DNA of 64,000 nucleotides from Microthyrium microscopicum (Eukaryota): NCBI GenBank assembly GCA_010405405.1, contig MU004233.1, positions 757,122 to 821,121 of the forward strand, read 5' to 3'. Shown piece by piece: positions 60,401 to 64,000 of this stretch (position 1 is its first letter; each line of letters starts with the position of its first letter). The notes under the pieces were generated by a model. It saw only the letters and a program-made list of their open reading frames with translations, ran no database searches and was not told where the DNA came from. The position numbers and the translations under genes were made by a program.

Positions 60401-60644
60401 TATAGTTATCATATTTCATTGGAAGGATCTCTAATCCATACAATGAATATATATCATCAAGTGACTTCGATTTCTCTACAAGTGCGGCTTGAACGCCAAT
60501 AGACTTCCAGCTGGATTTGCGTATTCATTCTACCACTCTCGCTTCAGTTATATCAGCATGCCATAAACGTTGAAGCAATTTGATCCTCATAAGCAACAAC
60601 TGGAATTGTTTCTGTACGGTACCTTGATACTATTCAAGTTTAAT

Positions 60645-63138
60645 ATGTTTTTTCTTACCTTGTGCGAGTGGCTGCTTATGCCAGTAGTACTAATTGAAGT
60701 AAGCGATCCATCCATTGGAAATACTCCCCAAACGCTCTATGGGAATTCATATGGCCTAACAAACGTTTAGGCGTCGCCGATTGCTGCTGCAGGATGGATA
60801 TATCAAGGATGCTACGAAGACAATGTTGGGACTTATGGACGCTCGCTCGGATTCAACCAGCCTGACAACAGTAATTTGACACGGGAATCATGTAGTTCAA
60901 CATGTGCTGGTCTAGGATACAGCGTGAGCGGAACAGAGTATTACACGCAATGCTTTTGCGACAACTACGTGCGAAACGGCGCCACCAACAAGCCAGATTC
61001 TGATTGCAATACAGCCTGTGGAGGAGCGGCTCAAGAAATGTGTGGAGGTCCCAATCGCCTCAGCGTCTTTTCTACAATCACTCCTGTTGCGGTACTGAAT
61101 CCACCAGTAATACAGCAGACTGCTGCCAATGGAAACTATGCGTACAAGGGTTGTCTGGTTGATCATGCTAATAACAACAATCGTGTACTGGCCAAGCAGA
61201 TCATCATGAATGGAATTGGAACGATAGATATGTGCCTGGCTCGTTGTCAAAAGTATGGATATCCTACAGGAGGTATGGAGTATGGGCAGGAATGCTATTG
61301 TGGAGACTTTGGGGAAGCGGCGAGCAATAATGCTACTTTCGCGGCTGATACTGACTGCTCGACAACGTGTCCTGGGAACGGGACTATCTTCTGTAAGTCT
61401 TTCGCGATTTCACCTCGACAAGACCAAATAGTCTTTCCAATGGTTTTAGCTCTATTAGTAATATTATACTGACCCATTCCAGGCGGTGCCGGGAATCGAA
61501 TCTCATACTATGAGTGGGTCGCTGCTCAACCACTGTATCAATTCAGTTACCCTACTGGCAATAATGCTGGGCAATATCAACTCTTGATCGGAGGCGTAGT
61601 TATACCTTTGATAACAACTCAAGGTATGTGTTAAATTGGCTTGTCCTTCATACCAAAGGCTCACCTCTACAGGCATCAATGGAAAAGTCCAGTTCGTCGA
61701 GAAATGGGGAACAGGACCGGACAACAGTACTGGAGCCTATGAACTTGACCTGACCAAAACCAACGACTTTAATTCAGCATGGCGAACCATGCATGTTCAG
61801 ACAGACGTGTTTTGCTCTGCTGGCCTTCAACTCCCGGATAAAGCAGGAAGAATCATAAACATTGGAGGCTGGTCTGCTCCATCAACATATGGAGTCCGGC
61901 TGTATGCTCCGGATGGGTCGCCAGGTCAGAATAGTAGCAATGATTGGATCGAATCCAGCAATGTACAACTGCAGAATGGGCGCTGGTATCCAACTGCAAT
62001 GATGATGGCAAACGGGTCGATACTCGTAATCGGCGGTGAAAGCGGCTCAAATGGTCCTCCAGTGCCGACATTGGAGTTGCTCCCTCCGGCTGGCGCACCA
62101 TTGAACATGCCTTGGTTGAAGAACACTGATCCGAACAATCTCTATCCATTAATGGCAGTCCTACCGAGTGGAAACATCCTCGCAATTGTCTTCAACCAAG
62201 CGCTGATTCTCGACGAGAAGACATTCGCAACTGTCCGCACTCTTCCTAATCTGATTGGATTTGTCGATGAGAGCCAGTCCAGTGGCCGAACATATCCTCT
62301 GGAAGGGACCATGATGATACTTCCTCAGTATGCGCCATACAGTGATCCTCTTCAGATCTTGATATGCGGTGGAAGTACCATTGGTGCAGCAAATGCCTTG
62401 GACAACTGCTTGTCAATTCATCCGGATAATGTAGGCGAAGACTGGAAACTGGAACGGATGCCCTCTCCTCGAGTAATGACTTGCATGGCACCTCTCCCAG
62501 ATGGAACGTACCTCATTCTGAATGGCGCCGTTGCAGGTGTTGCCGGATTTGGTCTTGCATCGAACCCAAATTTGAACGCACTGTTATATGATCCAACTAA
62601 ACCAATGGGCCAACGAATTAGTATTATGGCAAATACAACCATTGCGCGTCTCTACCACTCGGAAGCAATCACTCTACTCGATGGGCGAGTCCTCGTGACA
62701 GGATCTGATCCTGAGGACAAGAAAAATCCTCAAGAATACCGCATTGAAGTCTTCATCCCGCCATATTTGCTGTCAGGAGAACCGAAACCAACCTTTACAA
62801 TCACCAATAAGGATTGGTCATACGGCCAGACAATTAGTTTCACAGTAACTTCTGGATCTACTGCTAACCTTCGAGTGTCGCTGCTTGGTGCAGATGTAAG
62901 CACTCACGGGAATAGTATGGGTCAGCGAACCTTCTTCCCAGCTGTCTCATGCTCTGGAAACTCGTGTACGGTGACGGCGCCACCGAACGCACATATTTGT
63001 CCTCCAAGTTGGTTTAAAATGTATGTGCTGGATGGATCAATGCCCAGTGATGGAGTCTTTGTAAGAATTGGCGGTGACCCAGGGCAGCTTGGGAACTGGC
63101 CAACAGATCCAGCATTTTCTCCGCTTCCGGGGATCTAA
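60645..63138 (+). CDS. Copper radical oxidase (AA5_1 glyoxal oxidase-like) with two N-terminal WSC domains
   Basis: Candidate signal exon 60645-60698; WSC motifs (GWIYQGCY...GTEYYTQCFC...CGG; YKGCL...GMEYGQECYCG); radical-site residues VFCSAG, RTYP, RLYHS, STHG; RWYPT. Confidence 0.9.
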
Positions 63139-63473
63139 TAGTCATGAAGATTTGATTCAATGCAAATATCATCAATGTTACAGCGGCTGCCTCTGATAGG
63201 CACCAATTTGGATGCATTAGGCTCATTAATGTGCGATGTTGTTTTGGTTTATTCATCTCTGTCGTCTGGCTAAATTTTGCACGCGGCTGGGGCGCTAAGA
63301 CATAAGAAGACTAGCGTGAGTCCATGCTTCCCCGACGTCCTAAACTTTTTTTTATCGAGAATTTCCCCACCACTTCTTCAGCAACTCGAACTTTTTTGCA
63401 CTTTTGCTGTATCCTCCTCAAAACAGCGATAACAGTTGCTCCTTTCATAAAGTCACCGTTAACTCTCTCTAAA

Positions 63474-64000
63474 ATGGCCGCTCTACGCCCTGTCAGCGTT
63501 TATGGACTCAAAGTTCCTCCAAACGGCTTTCGCATCGAGGCTAATCCAGGCCTGCCAGCTGCCGTAAGTCCCAGGTTATGCTGTTCTGCTTCCGACCGCT
63601 AATAATTCTTGTCATTTAGTTCCAAATCACCATGGCTGCCTTGGATCCTACCGAAACAACCATTACTACTGATGGCCCACCTCGCGCAACCTTGAAAATT
63701 GTGCGCAACATTTTCGACGTCGTTGATGATGAAGATGAAGACGATGAGGACTACGATGAAGATGACATTGAGTCCATCCGTCGCCGCCTTGGCCTCACTG
63801 AGGAAGATGACGAAGACGAGTCTGACGAGGAGATGACCAACGGTGGACCCTCTGACCCTACCGCAATCCTCAACGCTATCAAGAAGGCCAATGCCATGGA
63901 TGATGATGAGTCCGACGAGGAATTGACTAATGGCGTCAATGGGGTTTCTAAAGGCAAGGCTCGTGCTATTGACCTCGACGACGATGACCTCTCAGAAGAC
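63474..64000 (+). CDS. Nucleolar FKBP (Fpr3/Fpr4-like), nucleoplasmin-like N-terminus; truncated by window end
   Basis: PVSVYGLKVPP...|FQITMAALDP...PRATLKIVR followed by D/E-rich tracts and NGGPSDP; PPIase domain lies outside the window. Confidence 0.82.

Overview
Eukaryotic DNA from a filamentous ascomycete (Pezizomycotina), judged from short GT-AG introns with CTAAC/CTGAC branch points and fungal gene families. No prokaryotic features, rRNA, confident tRNA or CRISPR were found. About 28 protein genes could be reconstructed, several missed or fragmented by the ORF track because of introns. Core genes include an M28 aminopeptidase, REV1, phosphoglucomutase/phosphopentomutase, a TPT-family transporter, an Ace2/Swi5-like TF, ubiquitin-RPS31, an SR protein, NAB2, a sirtuin, GH16, a WSC-glyoxal oxidase and Fpr3/4. 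The most interesting signals are: (1) four divergent paralogous F-box genes sharing a recognisable C-terminal architecture, three clustered at 42.6-49.7 kb beside the ubiquitin fusion gene, one a probable pseudogene; (2) an accessory stretch at 26.6-32.6 kb with a TA-flanked, TIR-bounded, RIP-like element about 100 bp upstream of an expansin-like gene lacking the key Asp, plus small orphan and effector-like genes; (3) a cutinase with 66 residues, including a Kex2-like site, before its catalytic His; (4) a dense CGAT-motif tract downstream of the SR-protein gene. All gene models were read by eye and no database searches were run.
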